Positions 1 to 10,426 of a stretch of 64,000 nucleotides of DNA are shown piece by piece (position 1 is the first letter of the stretch; every line of letters begins with the position of its first letter). The stretch is from Geopsychrobacteraceae bacterium (GTDB lineage Bacteria > Desulfobacterota > Desulfuromonadia > Desulfuromonadales > Geopsychrobacteraceae). A model generated the notes under the pieces. That model saw nothing but the letters and a program-made list of their open reading frames with translations. It had not been told where the DNA came from and did not search any database. The position numbers and the translations under genes were made by a program. The stretch spans positions 3,360,001 through 3,424,000 of the forward strand of contig OY759353.1 of NCBI GenBank assembly GCA_963662315.1, read 5' to 3'.

Positions 1-496
1 CAACGCTGATAAGCGGTTCAGCAAGTTCGGCTTTGATCTGGTCAAAAACCTCGCGTGGGCAGGTCAAGGGGATGATGCGGAAAGCCGCAACTTGTTTTCC
101 GGCACTGACCGGAAAGTTGGTATGAATGGTTGGTAATGAAGGAATCGCCAGGCGGTTAATGCGCTCGAGACGCTCAGGATCAACCCGAAAAACTCCCGGA
201 CAGGTAGCATAGAAACCAATCTTTCCTTCTTTGGGCTGTGCATCGTAGCGAATGTTCGGTCCGGCAATCAGTGGCGCCAGGGTACAGGCGGCCTCGTTTT
301 CATGAATCTCTACTTCATTGCCTTCCCAGACATAAATATTCTGTTTGCCCAGACGCGCCAGAACCTCAAGATCCTCTTTTTCAATCACATGCCCACGGCT
401 GAAGGCTACCCCCTTGATCCCTTGATCGAGATCAACCACCGTAATATCGTAGCCTAGAACTTGCCCTTCCGCTTGTGCCAGAGGTACCTTGATCAT
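1..496 (-). CDS. Molybdopterin-binding (MoeA-like) protein, N-terminal part; runs off the window start
   Basis: Not in the ORF track. Manual translation from ATG 496 (AGGAG upstream; alternative ATG 505): MIKVPLAQAEGQVLGYDITVVDLDQGIKGVAFSRGHVIEKEDLEVLARLGKQNIYV...IHENEAA...EGKIGFYA, open to base 1, resembling MoeA-like N-termini. Confidence 0.75.
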   Translation of the reverse strand, partial: MIKVPLAQAEGQVLGYDITVVDLDQGIKGVAFSRGHVIEKEDLEVLARLGKQNIYVWEGNEVEIHENEAACTLAPLIAGPNIRYDAQPKEGKIGFYATCPGVFRVDPERLERINRLAIPSLPTIHTNFPVSAGKQVAAFRIIPLTCPREVFDQIKAELAEPLISV

Positions 497-596
497 TGTT
501 GTCATCTCCTGTCTTCATGACAATGTCGCCCGCACCGGCGCATCTTAACGGTGCTGCCATTGCACCATTTTTTCACCAATCTGTAGCTAAACAGTT

Positions 597-613
597 AGCG
601 ATAACTATGCCAA
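597..613 (-). promoter_or_regulatory. sigma54 -24/-12 promoter
   Basis: Minus strand TTGGCATAGTTATCGCT (GG-N10-GC), ~100 bp upstream of the MoeA-like gene. Confidence 0.7.
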
Positions 614-807
614 ACAGGACGGCGATATTTTTCTTAAAACAGTTTCTTATAGCAGACTAAAAAATAGAGAGAAACAGGATATCGCTACTTCCTGCAGGCA
701 AAACCTTATAGAGGGGAAATGGTGGGAGCGGGGAGGATTTTCTCATAATGCTCTTTGCCAATGTCAGATTGAGACATGCATGGCAAATCCAATAATGGAT
801 AGCTGCT

Positions 808-886
808 AAAAAAACTCTCTCGGCGTTATCCATGCCGATAGCCGCTCAATTGGCTGCGTGCATGGATAACGCCGGAGAAGTCTTTT
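808..886 (-). terminator. Intrinsic terminator after the chemoreceptor gene
   Basis: 15-bp stem cggcgttatccatgc/gcatggataacgccg followed by a T-run on the minus strand. Confidence 0.7.
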
Positions 887-904
887 CTGTGACTGGTTAT
901 ATGC

Positions 905-2899
905 TTAGGCCAATAATCTCTGACTGTGGCTTTCCGTGAAGGTCATTGAATTCTGTGTCTCCAGTTTAAACCTTTGCAGCATCTCTTGCAGACGCTCTGC
1001 CTGTCCTGATAGCTCTTCGGCAGAAGCGGCGCTCTCTTCAGCCATAGCCATATTCTGCTGGGTCACGCGGTCGATCTGTTCGAGACCAATGTTTACCTGT
1101 CTGACTCCTTGAGCCTGCTCTTCTGAAACCATTGATATTTCAGCCACCAGATCGGTTACCTTATTGACCTCATTGACTATATTCTCAAGTTCCTGTGCGG
1201 TGCGGCCGGCAATGGTTGAACCTTCGCCGGTTACATCTGCCGAACCCTCGATAAGCTCTGCCGTTTCGCGAGCTGCTTTGGCACTTCTGGCGGCCAGGTT
1301 GCGGACCTCTTCAGCGACAACGGCAAATCCTTTGCCATGCTGTCCAGCCCGGGCCGCTTCAACCGCCGCATTAAGGGCCAGCAGGTTGGTTTGAAAGGCG
1401 ATTTCATCGATAGTTTTGATAATTTTTGAGATGTTCTGGCTCGAATCCTTAATTTTAGTCATCGCCTGGACCATCTCTTTCATACGCTCATTGCCTTCCA
1501 CGGCATATTTTTGTGCGCTGGCTGATAATTCTCTGGCCTGACGCGCATTCTCGGCATTGGAGGTACTTTGTGAGGCCATTTGGGTCACCGACGCCGTAAT
1601 CTCTTCCAGAGATGCGGCGGATTCTGAACCCCCTTGAGATAGTGCTTGTGACGCTCCGGCAATCTCGGTGCTGCCGGCATTGACTCTTTCACTGGCCATC
1701 GAAACCTCGGCCATCATTTGATTGAGGTTCTTTAACATAGATTCCAGGGCCTGGCCCAGGCTATCTTTTTCCGAAGACATTTTGACATGAACGGTTAAAT
1801 CACCCTGGGCAACTTTCTCCACCAGCTCGGCGCGCTGGCTCATACTGTCTGCCATTTCATCCAGAGCTTTACTCAGATCGCCCAACTCATCACTGCGAGT
1901 TAATGCCAGGCGCTGAGAGGTGTCACCCTCTTTAACTGCTGTCGCAAATTCCACCCCTTTTTTCAGCGTTTTGACGATTGGCGACACCAGCAGGAATAGG
2001 AATAATGCCACCACAACGGCCAAGGTCAGTGTACTGTAGATATTGACATTTCTTACTGAAATGACCGAAGAATAGATATCTTCCGGTGAAGCGGTCACCC
2101 CTATTGTCCATCCGGTATACTTATCAGTGCCAAACACGAGAATTTTTTCTTCACCATCAAGCTCATAAGAAACGACTTTTCCGGCGTTTTCTACCTTCAT
2201 CATTTCCTTACCGATGGCGAAATCTCTGGTATTGACTTTCAGGATGCGCTGCTTATCGGGGTGTGCGATGAGAACACCATCTTTATCAGTGACAAAAGCG
2301 TAACCTTCCTTGCCGACTTTTAGCGGGTCAATAAACACCTCGGAAAAACCCGAGAGATCAACGGCGGAAAAAATCATTCCAAGGACCGTGCCATTGGTTT
2401 TGACCGGCGCAGCAACCACAAAAATGGGTTTTCCGGTGGACTTGCTGGCGACTGGTTTTGATATGGATATTTTCCCCGCCATAGCAGCCTGGAAATAATC
2501 ACGAGTTTTTAAGTTCAGTTTGCCTATCATTGGGATTTCACTACCAGATATCAACAATCCATCCTTATTTAATATCCCAAGATTTTCATAAGCCGGATAG
2601 TTGCTTTTCAGCGTGCTGAAAATCGCATTTGCGTTCTTGACTCCTTCCTCTGATTGTAATGCACCTATAATCTCTGCACTTTTTGACCAGGAAGATAAAT
2701 CAGCGACAATATCACTTACCCAAGTGTCAATCTGCTTGCTTGACGTATTGATATTCACAACCATATTGTCACTGACAATTTGGGTTATTGCTTCTTTTGA
2801 ATTCCGATATGAGATAGCGGCAGTTATCAACATGCCGACAATCATGATGGTTGTTACAGGTATCAGAATTCGGTTTCTAAGATTCATTCTCAGCTGCAT
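905..2899 (-). CDS. Methyl-accepting chemotaxis protein (Cache-type sensor, HAMP, signalling domain)
   Basis: Two TM segments around a Cache-like domain; [37 protein letters not shown] hairpin tip. Confidence 0.95.
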   Translation of the reverse strand: MQLRMNLRNRILIPVTTIMIVGMLITAAISYRNSKEAITQIVSDNMVVNINTSSKQIDTWVSDIVADLSSWSKSAEIIGALQSEEGVKNANAIFSTLKSNYPAYENLGILNKDGLLISGSEIPMIGKLNLKTRDYFQAAMAGKISISKPVASKSTGKPIFVVAAPVKTNGTVLGMIFSAVDLSGFSEVFIDPLKVGKEGYAFVTDKDGVLIAHPDKQRILKVNTRDFAIGKEMMKVENAGKVVSYELDGEEKILVFGTDKYTGWTIGVTASPEDIYSSVISVRNVNIYSTLTLAVVVALFLFLLVSPIVKTLKKGVEFATAVKEGDTSQRLALTRSDELGDLSKALDEMADSMSQRAELVEKVAQGDLTVHVKMSSEKDSLGQALESMLKNLNQMMAEVSMASERVNAGSTEIAGASQALSQGGSESAASLEEITASVTQMASQSTSNAENARQARELSASAQKYAVEGNERMKEMVQAMTKIKDSSQNISKIIKTIDEIAFQTNLLALNAAVEAARAGQHGKGFAVVAEEVRNLAARSAKAARETAELIEGSADVTGEGSTIAGRTAQELENIVNEVNKVTDLVAEISMVSEEQAQGVRQVNIGLEQIDRVTQQNMAMAEESAASAEELSGQAERLQEMLQRFKLETQNSMTFTESHSQRLLA

Positions 2900-3133
2900 A
2901 ACACAGGATCCTCTCTTGTGTTCACTTCCTGCTCCTTAATGGAGAGTTCAGGAGTGCTAAAGGTTTATAATTTTTCATGTTTTTGTGTTCACAGCTGAGG
3001 TGTACGGGGGGTGCCCCTCAGGGTGCAGAAATGCGTCAGGCCGTATTAGGAATGAAAAGGATGGGATTCATTGATTAGGCATAGTTAATGTATTGGCTGT
3101 TACCAATAAAGTCAATTCAAATTTTCATAGTTG

Positions 3134-3172
3134 AAAAAAAAGGTCTCGATCCGATTAACAGACCGAGACCTT
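3134..3172 (-). terminator. Intrinsic terminator after the AAHS MFS gene
   Basis: aaggtctcg/cgagacctt stem followed by a T-run on the minus strand. Confidence 0.7.
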
Positions 3173-3229
3173 CAATATTGAGCTGTCAGCAAACAGGAAT
3201 TACCTGTTTACATTCCTTTAGGGGGGTGA

Positions 3230-4573
3230 TCAGACTTCGCCACTTGCTGTTGTTCTCATGTATTTTTGCAGAATAATGACGATGCCAAAAATAATCAGCG
3301 CACCAATGCTATTGACTGTACACATTTTCTGAACGCCCCAACCTGCCTGAAGGCTTAAACCTCCAACCAGTGGCGCAACCAGGGTCCCGATTTTACCAAT
3401 ACCATAGGCAAAGCCGATACCACTGCCACGCATTTCAGCCGGATAGACCGAGGATGCCAATCCCATTAATGAGGAATTGCCGCCGTTGACAAACATACCG
3501 GTAAAAATGGAGACAACCAGGACAATTATAAAAGCGTGGGAAGCAAAATAGCCAAATGCGTTTAACGCAATAAAGGCACCAATAAATAGGTACTTAACGA
3601 CGTTAAGCTTGTTGTATTTGGACATGCAGCGGCCAATACACAGGCAGGCAATGACTGATCCCAAGTGAATAAACGCAAACCCGATACTGAACTGCTGGGT
3701 GGTCGCACCTGCATCTTTAAGCAGCTTAGGTACCCACGAAAAGAGAATCCACAGCAGGTAGAAACTCAGGAAAAACAGAATCCACAGCAACGTCGTGGTT
3801 TTTGCATACTCTCCGGAAAACATACCTTTGAGGCCACCACTCTTTTTCTTACCCGGCTCCTGCTCTTGGACACTCAATTTTACCGCCGAGAGGTCAAGAG
3901 CCGAGTCTTTATCAATTTTTCTGACGATCCCTTTGGCTTTTTCCTGATCGCCACTTTTGACTAAGTGACTTAAGGATTCAGGGAGCATTATCATGACCAA
4001 TAAAGCGATCACGATAGGAGCAATTCCGCCAACATAGAAAACTGATTGCCAACCCCAATGGGGCAGGAGATAAGAAGCAGAAAACGCGGCAATCATGGCA
4101 CCAGTCGGCATGCCACCCCACATATACAGAGACAGGCCGGCGCGTAAACGTGCAGGCGCATATTCACTTCCGAACGCCAAGGCATTAGGAATGACACCGC
4201 CCATACCCAGGCCGGCAAGAAAGCGGTAAACACCAAGCTCTGTACAACTGGTGATATGAACTGTCATGTAAGTGAAAAAGCCAAAGACCAATGCAGAAAA
4301 AAACATTGTCTTTTTGCGTCCGTAGCGGTCAGCGACCATGCCTAAAATAACAGCGCCAACCATAGGTCCTAACTGACCGGCACTGACTGCAGCACCAATT
4401 TCAGCTGGAGAAACATTCAGATGACTCATCATGCCTGGGATTGCGACCCCGATGACAGTCAGATCAAATCCATCAAAAAAAACGACGATAAAGCATAAAA
4501 CACAGATACCGATCTGATAAGTGGAAAAGGGTAGATCGTCAAACACCTCATTTACATCAATTGTCTTCTCCAT
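3230..4573 (-). CDS. MFS transporter, aromatic acid:H+ symporter (PcaK/BenK-like) family
   Basis: DGFD in TM1, ADRYGRK motif A, EYAPARLR, LPES, YPAEMRGSG; ~12 TM segments. Confidence 0.85.
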   Translation of the reverse strand: MEKTIDVNEVFDDLPFSTYQIGICVLCFIVVFFDGFDLTVIGVAIPGMMSHLNVSPAEIGAAVSAGQLGPMVGAVILGMVADRYGRKKTMFFSALVFGFFTYMTVHITSCTELGVYRFLAGLGMGGVIPNALAFGSEYAPARLRAGLSLYMWGGMPTGAMIAAFSASYLLPHWGWQSVFYVGGIAPIVIALLVMIMLPESLSHLVKSGDQEKAKGIVRKIDKDSALDLSAVKLSVQEQEPGKKKSGGLKGMFSGEYAKTTTLLWILFFLSFYLLWILFSWVPKLLKDAGATTQQFSIGFAFIHLGSVIACLCIGRCMSKYNKLNVVKYLFIGAFIALNAFGYFASHAFIIVLVVSIFTGMFVNGGNSSLMGLASSVYPAEMRGSGIGFAYGIGKIGTLVAPLVGGLSLQAGWGVQKMCTVNSIGALIIFGIVIILQKYMRTTASGEV

Positions 4574-4661
4574 TGTGTAATCTCCTTGAGATTGAAAAAC
4601 GGATCATGAAACGATGTTAAATACGTCGCATCATTGCGACGAGCTTTATATTCTAAAGTTA

Positions 4662-5246
4662 TTAGTATGCAATCTCTCTCCTGGCGGGATCAGCAAAGAC
4701 GCCGTAAATCAAAATATCAATAGTCTGTTCCATGGTACTTTGAAAGGTACTGTTACTTTGGGTCAAAAACTGATAATCCCCGAGTTCATTAATTGAACCC
4801 CGATAAATTTTCCATAAGATCTTCATGTTGACCGTACGGAAGAGTCCCGCAGTTACCCCTTGTTGCAAAATATCAGCAACGCGTTGCCATCTGTCTTCAA
4901 AAAAAGTCTCGTATTTCAGCCATTCATCAGGCATTTGGCGTTTGATATCAATAATGGCCCTGACACTCAACGGCCCCAGAGCTTTAGGCGACGCCATCAT
5001 CAGCGCTTTTAACTTATCGATGTAACCCAGATTAGGTTTAGCCATGATTTCTGCTATCTGCTGTTTTAAATCGCGTAAAATTTCATCCAGGACAGCCCCA
5101 ACCAATTCATCCTTGGAGTCAAACAATTCATAGATTTTCCGTTTACTGACGGCCAACTGTGAAGCGAGCTGGGCCAAAGTAAAATTCAGGCCCTGCTCGT
5201 TCATCAGTTGTAGTGTTTCAGACAAGAATCTTTCACGCATAAACAA
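4662..5246 (-). CDS. TetR/AcrR family regulator
   Basis: N-terminal HTH FTLAQLASQLAVSKRKIYELFDSKDEL. Confidence 0.9.
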   Translation of the reverse strand: MFMRERFLSETLQLMNEQGLNFTLAQLASQLAVSKRKIYELFDSKDELVGAVLDEILRDLKQQIAEIMAKPNLGYIDKLKALMMASPKALGPLSVRAIIDIKRQMPDEWLKYETFFEDRWQRVADILQQGVTAGLFRTVNMKILWKIYRGSINELGDYQFLTQSNSTFQSTMEQTIDILIYGVFADPARREIAY

Positions 5247-5399
5247 ACCGATCCGATCTTACGGTACCCATACCGTTCCTTGGGTACCGGTTTAAAAAAT
5301 AGTAAAAGAGCCAGCCAGGCCGACTCTTTTACTTAAATGTCAGATATTTGCTTATTCGAAAAAAGGCTCAAATCCTAGCATATTAAAAGAGCCAACTTC

Positions 5400-6653
5400 T
5401 TAAGATTTAGCAGCTTTAGCGCCAGCAGGATAAGCTTCTGCAGAGCGTTTATCCATTATGCGGAATACAGCAGCCGCTACCAGACCGACAACATTAACAC
5501 CCAGTGCAATCCAGAAAGCCTGGTTATAATCACCAGTAGCAGCACGAACCTTACCGGCCAACAAGGGACCGGACAGAGCGGCAAGACTGAAGCCGATGAA
5601 GGTTACACCATAGTTAACACCAAAGTTTTTCATGCCATAGCGCTCACTGATGATGGATGGCATAAGACCCATGAAACCACCAAAAACAGCACCAACACCG
5701 ACACCAGAAGCAACAAATCCGGCGATTGACCCGGTAAAGGTCAGATTCAACATGGACACTGCAGAAACGATGTACATGATCATCATGGTATTTGAGCGAC
5801 CAATCTTGTCGGACATGCCACCGAAACCGATACGGCCAACGGCATTAGCAAGAGTAATAACGCTGACAAAGAAAGCCGCTTTGATTGGTGTCAGATTAAA
5901 CATCAACTGACCAATTGGTGAAGCATGAGCTAAAACCATCAAGCCTGACATGGCGCCACAATACAGCATAATCAGGATGACCCACCAGATTCCTTCGCCG
6001 ATCATTTTGGTCCACATAACATCATTACCAGCAGGTTTTGCTACAGTGATCGCTGGAGGAGTCCACCCGGCAGGGGCATAACCGGCAGGAGCACGTTTAG
6101 TAACAGTGAGGCACAAAGCGATGATAACAAAGAATACAGTACCTAAAATCTGGAAGCAGGCAAGAATACCGTAGGACGCGATTAATTTAGCGGCAATTGG
6201 AGCCATAACCATAGCACCACAACCATATCCAGCAGAACAGATACCAGCAGCCAAACCACGTTTATCAGGGAAAAACTTAACGGTGTTAGCCACGGTACCA
6301 GCATAAACAACACCGCCGCCAATACCGGCGATAGTGCTGTATGTCAGATACAAAGTACCGATAGCACCTGAGTTGAAACCGGTTAGAACCAGACCAATGG
6401 TAAACATCAAACCACCAACAACAATAGTCGATTTTGAACCAAGTTTATCCTGGATATAACCACCACCGATCATGGCAACAGGGCTTAATCCGTGGTTAAT
6501 AGAAAAGGCTAAACCAAGAGCAGCAGGAGCCCAGCCGAACAAGGCACCAAGGGGTTTAGCAAAAACACTCCAAGCGTACAGGGTACCGATACAGAGATTG
6601 ATAATGACCGCAGCGACGAGAATCAGCCAACGATTATAGTTTTGATCTGACAT
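5400..6653 (-). CDS. MFS transporter, OFA (oxalate:formate antiporter/monocarboxylate) family
   Basis: RW..L.AA...NLCIGTLYAWSVF, KFFPDKRGLAAG, NFGVNYG motifs; start moved to MSDQ (ATG 6653, GAGG upstream). Confidence 0.85.
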   Translation of the reverse strand: MSDQNYNRWLILVAAVIINLCIGTLYAWSVFAKPLGALFGWAPAALGLAFSINHGLSPVAMIGGGYIQDKLGSKSTIVVGGLMFTIGLVLTGFNSGAIGTLYLTYSTIAGIGGGVVYAGTVANTVKFFPDKRGLAAGICSAGYGCGAMVMAPIAAKLIASYGILACFQILGTVFFVIIALCLTVTKRAPAGYAPAGWTPPAITVAKPAGNDVMWTKMIGEGIWWVILIMLYCGAMSGLMVLAHASPIGQLMFNLTPIKAAFFVSVITLANAVGRIGFGGMSDKIGRSNTMMIMYIVSAVSMLNLTFTGSIAGFVASGVGVGAVFGGFMGLMPSIISERYGMKNFGVNYGVTFIGFSLAALSGPLLAGKVRAATGDYNQAFWIALGVNVVGLVAAAVFRIMDKRSAEAYPAGAKAAKS

Positions 6654-6876
6654 CTTTCTGTCCTCTTGTCTAGAGTTGATAGTCCAGAGCTGAGCATTTA
6701 AATAAAATAAATAAAATAATCCTGCGCTTAGGCAGATGAGAAGCAGCAGGACACAGGAACATGCAAAACTCCTCAAAAACACATCATAAAAATAAAATAA
6801 TGCAGCGGTTGATCAATGTGACTTATTTTAACCAACGCCTAGTAATACTTGCTAAGTTCTTAGATAGAGACACAAT

Positions 6877-6940
6877 AAAAAAATTCCTGCCTGCTTTATT
6901 TTATTGTAGTAAACAATTATCTTAAGTCAGGCAGGGAATT
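6877..6940 (-). terminator. Terminator-like hairpin after the 50-aa ORF
   Basis: aattcctgcctg/caggcagggaatt inverted repeat followed by T7 on the minus strand. Confidence 0.55.
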
Positions 6941-6968
6941 GCATCCTCAAGGAACTTATAAGAAACAA

Positions 6969-7121
6969 TTACTTTTTATCTTCTTCTTTAAAAGTAATGT
7001 TTCCGCCTTCATATTCTTTAGAAGGTTTGAACTTAGTAGATCCATAATTTTGCCCTGGTTTCATTGCCAATGGATCAATAGGTTTTTTAACAACTTTTTT
7101 AGGTTTGCTTTCTTCTGACAT
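6969..7121 (-). CDS. Small Lys/Glu-rich hypothetical protein, 50 aa
   Basis: Below the ORF-track cutoff. AAAGGAGA RBS, then MSEESKPKKVVKKPIDPLAMKPGQNYGSTKFKPSKEYEGGNITFKEEDKK*, followed by a hairpin. Confidence 0.65.
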   Translation of the reverse strand: MSEESKPKKVVKKPIDPLAMKPGQNYGSTKFKPSKEYEGGNITFKEEDKK

Positions 7122-7624
7122 TTTTAATCTCCTTTTTGTTAAATAACTATTTGTTGTTGATGATTAAGTTATTTGCAAAAAGCATCACTACATCAAATAG
7201 AATATTGATTTTGTATCGAATAACAATGACATCTTTACAAATACAAAATCATTTCATCAGGTCAGGATCGATAACCTGTGTTGAAACTGAAATCCTTATA
7301 TAGTGTGTGTATAAAACCACCAAAGCAAAGACATATTAAATATTAAAACTGTGGTACCTATAATATCGATGAAACTGAAAACTGCAGGAAATGTAGACGA
7401 CCATTACCTGAGCGAAAAAAACTGAACCGGTTATGTGCCTTTATATTGGTGAGATGTGTGCTAATCCTTGTCAGCGCCATAAATTAGAAAGAATAGAAAC
7501 TGACGAACAAGATCCCTATTGTAAATGGCACACCCCAGTTAAGTAATTTTCCTATCAGAATTATCTCTTAGATTCCCGGTACCACGCGGACCAGTCATGC
7601 ACAGATTATAATTCCCTTGCTGAC

Positions 7625-7661
7625 AAACAAACCCTGGAAACCTCGACTGAGGCTTCCAGGG
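7625..7661 (-). terminator. Terminator after the Fe-S subunit gene
   Basis: ccctggaa-cctc/gagg-ttccaggg stem-loop just past the stop at 7673. Confidence 0.6.
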
Positions 7662-7672
7662 GAACATTCCAA

Positions 7673-8008
7673 TTAAGGAACGAAAATAGTAGTTTTTGGA
7701 CCCAGTTCAGCAGCTCTTTGAGCCAATTCTTCGAGGGTGCCGTACTCCATGCACTGTGACAGGCAGTGATGCACGCAAGACGGTTTTTTGCCGTCGGCAA
7801 CACGGTCAGCACACAGGTCACAAAGCTGAGTCGGAACAGCAACATAATCCCACTCAAATTTGCCAGGGGTAACTTCCCATGGGCCATTTTCTACAAGCTT
7901 GATGCCCCATTTGCCAATTGGCAGCTTGAGATGATTTTTACATGCGACCTCACAGCTGTGGCAGCCGGTACACCATTGGTAATTAATCAACAATCCGTTT
8001 TTGGACAT
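7673..8008 (-). CDS. Small 4Fe-4S subunit of a Mo-bisPGD enzyme (catechol-dehydroxylase beta-like)
   Basis: GLLINYQWCTGCHSCEVAC and CDLCADRV...PSCVHHC; short 111-aa DmsB-like form. Confidence 0.85.
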   Translation of the reverse strand: MSKNGLLINYQWCTGCHSCEVACKNHLKLPIGKWGIKLVENGPWEVTPGKFEWDYVAVPTQLCDLCADRVADGKKPSCVHHCLSQCMEYGTLEELAQRAAELGPKTTIFVP

Positions 8009-8068
8009 TTTGTTCCTCCAATCATCATAGTTTTCGGTTCGGAAGTAGCTTCCGTTCCCTCAAGCGTT

Positions 8069-8105
8069 GCCGGTCCGGACCGATCAGTTTTGGTCCGAGA
8101 CCGGC
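8069..8105 (-). other. Intercistronic stem-loop between alpha and beta subunit genes
   Basis: gccggtc-cggacc/ggtccg-agaccggc inverted repeat with no long T-tail. Confidence 0.5.
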
Positions 8106-8131
8106 TAATCATATGCAAACAGACTCTTTAC

Positions 8132-10426
8132 TTAAGCAGTAATTACGACGTCGTCGAAGTTCTGCAGTCTGGATGCCTTACAGATCATTTGCTTGAGCGG
8201 AGCACCGAAACCAAGCTTACCGATATGCTTATGGGGCACCATGTTGTTGACGTTGGACTGCCATACGCCGAACAGGTTTGGCTCTTCGCCATCTTGCTCT
8301 GGGAACCACCAGCCGTGAGTTGCGTGAACAACTTTAGGATGGATACAAGGTGTAACCTTGGCTTTCATCTTAGCCTTGCCGAACATGTTCTCGAGCAGGA
8401 CCCAGTCACCTTCTTTGATACCCAAATCTTCAGCGGTCGTTGGGTGGAGCTCAACAACTGGCCATGGATCGATTTCACGCAGAGTAGCGATTTGACGGTG
8501 CTCTGAGTGGAAAGAGGTAACCTTACGTGCACCAGTGGTCAGGACCAGTGGATATTCCTTCCACAGTTCTGGAGTGCTGATCGGGCTGTATGGTGGCTCT
8601 TTGAAGTATGGGAGTGCATCATCACCCCAAGCTTCGAACAGCGTTGAAGACAGCTCAACCAGACCGGTAACAGTGTTGAAACCTGGCTCGCCATCGCCAC
8701 GGAGCATACCTTTTTCATATTTCTTGTAGGTATACTTCGGAGTGTAGACACCCATTTCTCTCAGGCCGTTGAAGTCAACGCCCAGCTCAGGCTGGAGCTG
8801 TTGGGTAAAGAAGTCTTCAACATCTTCACATTCCCACATATCCGGGTGAAGTTTTTTACCGAGTTCGATACAAACTTCGATATCAGAACGGGTATCACCA
8901 ACACGCAGGGCCTGGTTGATAGGACCAAGGGTGACGGAGTTACGGCCGAAGTGAGTAATAACAACACCATTATGCTCAGCAAACGTTGGCAGTGGCAGGA
9001 AGACATCGCCGAAAGCCATAGCCGTTGGGGTCATGAAGCAGTCCTGGACAACGTTGAATTCCAGGGTCTTCAGGGCATGATACCAACGGTCACATTGAAC
9101 AGCACAGGTCGGGGTAATGAAGTTGGAGCTGTTGAACCAACCCATGCGCAGACGGTAAGGCTTGCCACTTTCGAGGGTGTCAAGAGTTTCGTCAGGGTGA
9201 GTGGTGGCCAGCGCAGTACTGAGAGCAGGCCATTCTTTAGCACCAATACGTTTGTCCCACAGTTCGTCAGACAGGTTACGACGAGTTTCAACACGCCATT
9301 TGCCCAACAGAGCAGCTGGAGGCCCGAGGGTGATACCACCAGGAATATCGAGGTTACCAGTGATAGCAGCAAGTGACAGGATGGCATGACCCATCTGAAC
9401 ACCGTTCGGGTTCTCGTCGGTTGCCAGACCCCATTGGATTGCACATGGTTTGGAGTTGGCGATCATACGAGCGCAGCGGATGATCTGGTCTTCAGGCACC
9501 CAGGTAATGCCGGCAACTTTTGCTGGTGAGTATTCCTGAACGCGCTCTTTCAGTTCTTCAAAACCGTAACACCAGTTCTCGGTGAACTCTTTATCATAAA
9601 TTTCTTCGTTAATGATAACGTTCAGGAAAGCCAGAGCCAGAGCGGAGTCAGTACCAGGACGCAGCTGGCATACTTCAGCGCAACGGGTACCGAGCCAGGT
9701 CATACGTGGATCGACGTGAATCATTTTGGTGCCGCGCTTCATCATATCGATGAGAGCATGACCGAAGAAACCATCAGGGTTTGAATACAGGGCATTTTTA
9801 CCCCATTCAACGATCAGTTCTGGTAGGGTGAAGCCTGGATCGTCGAAGCGTTTTTCGAAGTAACCGGCGTAGTCGATTTCAGGATAACCTGCACCGAGGA
9901 TATAGTCGGTAATCGCACAGCGTGGGCCGTAGCATGACCACCCACTCAGTGGGTAGCAGACGTTCGGGGTTCCGATTGAAGCAAACCCGAGCGGATAGTA
10001 GTAGAGACATGCCTGGCGACCGGTACCACCGAAAACGATGATAGACTCAGCGCCGTGTTTCTCTTTGAATTCTTTAATTTTTGGAACAATGATATCCCAG
10101 GCTTCGTCCCAGGAGATTTTGGTCCACTTGTTTTTACCGCGATCTTCCAATTTACGTTTCATCGGGGTGGTGATACGTGAGGGGTGATGAACGTACTCTG
10201 GGAGAGACAGACATCTAACGCACAAACGACCGTTAGTAATCGGATGCTCTTCGTCGCCTTCGACTTCGATGAGCCTACCACCTTTAACCGTCAGCTTCAT
10301 ACCGCAGCCAACTGGGTGGTCTCCTGGAGGTGACCAGCCACAAGTCCTTACTGTAACGGATCCATCCTCATTTTCTGTTTTCCACTCTTTCTTCATTCGA
10401 TCTTCCATTGCCATTGAATTACCCAT
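8132..10426 (-). CDS. DMSO-reductase-family Mo/W-bisPGD catalytic subunit, catechol-dehydroxylase-like, no Tat signal
   Basis: TCGWSPPGDHPVGC...GRLCVRC Fe-S region, SGWSCYGPR putative Cys ligand, PGTDSALAL, FHSEHRQ, HGWWFPE; start may be 10414. Confidence 0.85.
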   Translation of the reverse strand: MGNSMAMEDRMKKEWKTENEDGSVTVRTCGWSPPGDHPVGCGMKLTVKGGRLIEVEGDEEHPITNGRLCVRCLSLPEYVHHPSRITTPMKRKLEDRGKNKWTKISWDEAWDIIVPKIKEFKEKHGAESIIVFGGTGRQACLYYYPLGFASIGTPNVCYPLSGWSCYGPRCAITDYILGAGYPEIDYAGYFEKRFDDPGFTLPELIVEWGKNALYSNPDGFFGHALIDMMKRGTKMIHVDPRMTWLGTRCAEVCQLRPGTDSALALAFLNVIINEEIYDKEFTENWCYGFEELKERVQEYSPAKVAGITWVPEDQIIRCARMIANSKPCAIQWGLATDENPNGVQMGHAILSLAAITGNLDIPGGITLGPPAALLGKWRVETRRNLSDELWDKRIGAKEWPALSTALATTHPDETLDTLESGKPYRLRMGWFNSSNFITPTCAVQCDRWYHALKTLEFNVVQDCFMTPTAMAFGDVFLPLPTFAEHNGVVITHFGRNSVTLGPINQALRVGDTRSDIEVCIELGKKLHPDMWECEDVEDFFTQQLQPELGVDFNGLREMGVYTPKYTYKKYEKGMLRGDGEPGFNTVTGLVELSSTLFEAWGDDALPYFKEPPYSPISTPELWKEYPLVLTTGARKVTSFHSEHRQIATLREIDPWPVVELHPTTAEDLGIKEGDWVLLENMFGKAKMKAKVTPCIHPKVVHATHGWWFPEQDGEEPNLFGVWQSNVNNMVPHKHIGKLGFGAPLKQMICKASRLQNFDDVVITA

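Noticed and set aside
2940..3060. c-di-GMP/cGAMP riboswitch upstream of the chemoreceptor
   Set aside because: Only one CTGAGG/CCTCAG hairpin; the GEMM core (AAAC...GNRA...GACG.AAAG) is absent
7766..9444. Long antisense and alternate-frame ORFs over the Mo-enzyme genes
   Set aside because: Shadow ORFs of strongly codon-biased genes with no motifs; the same applies to most overlapping ORFs in the track
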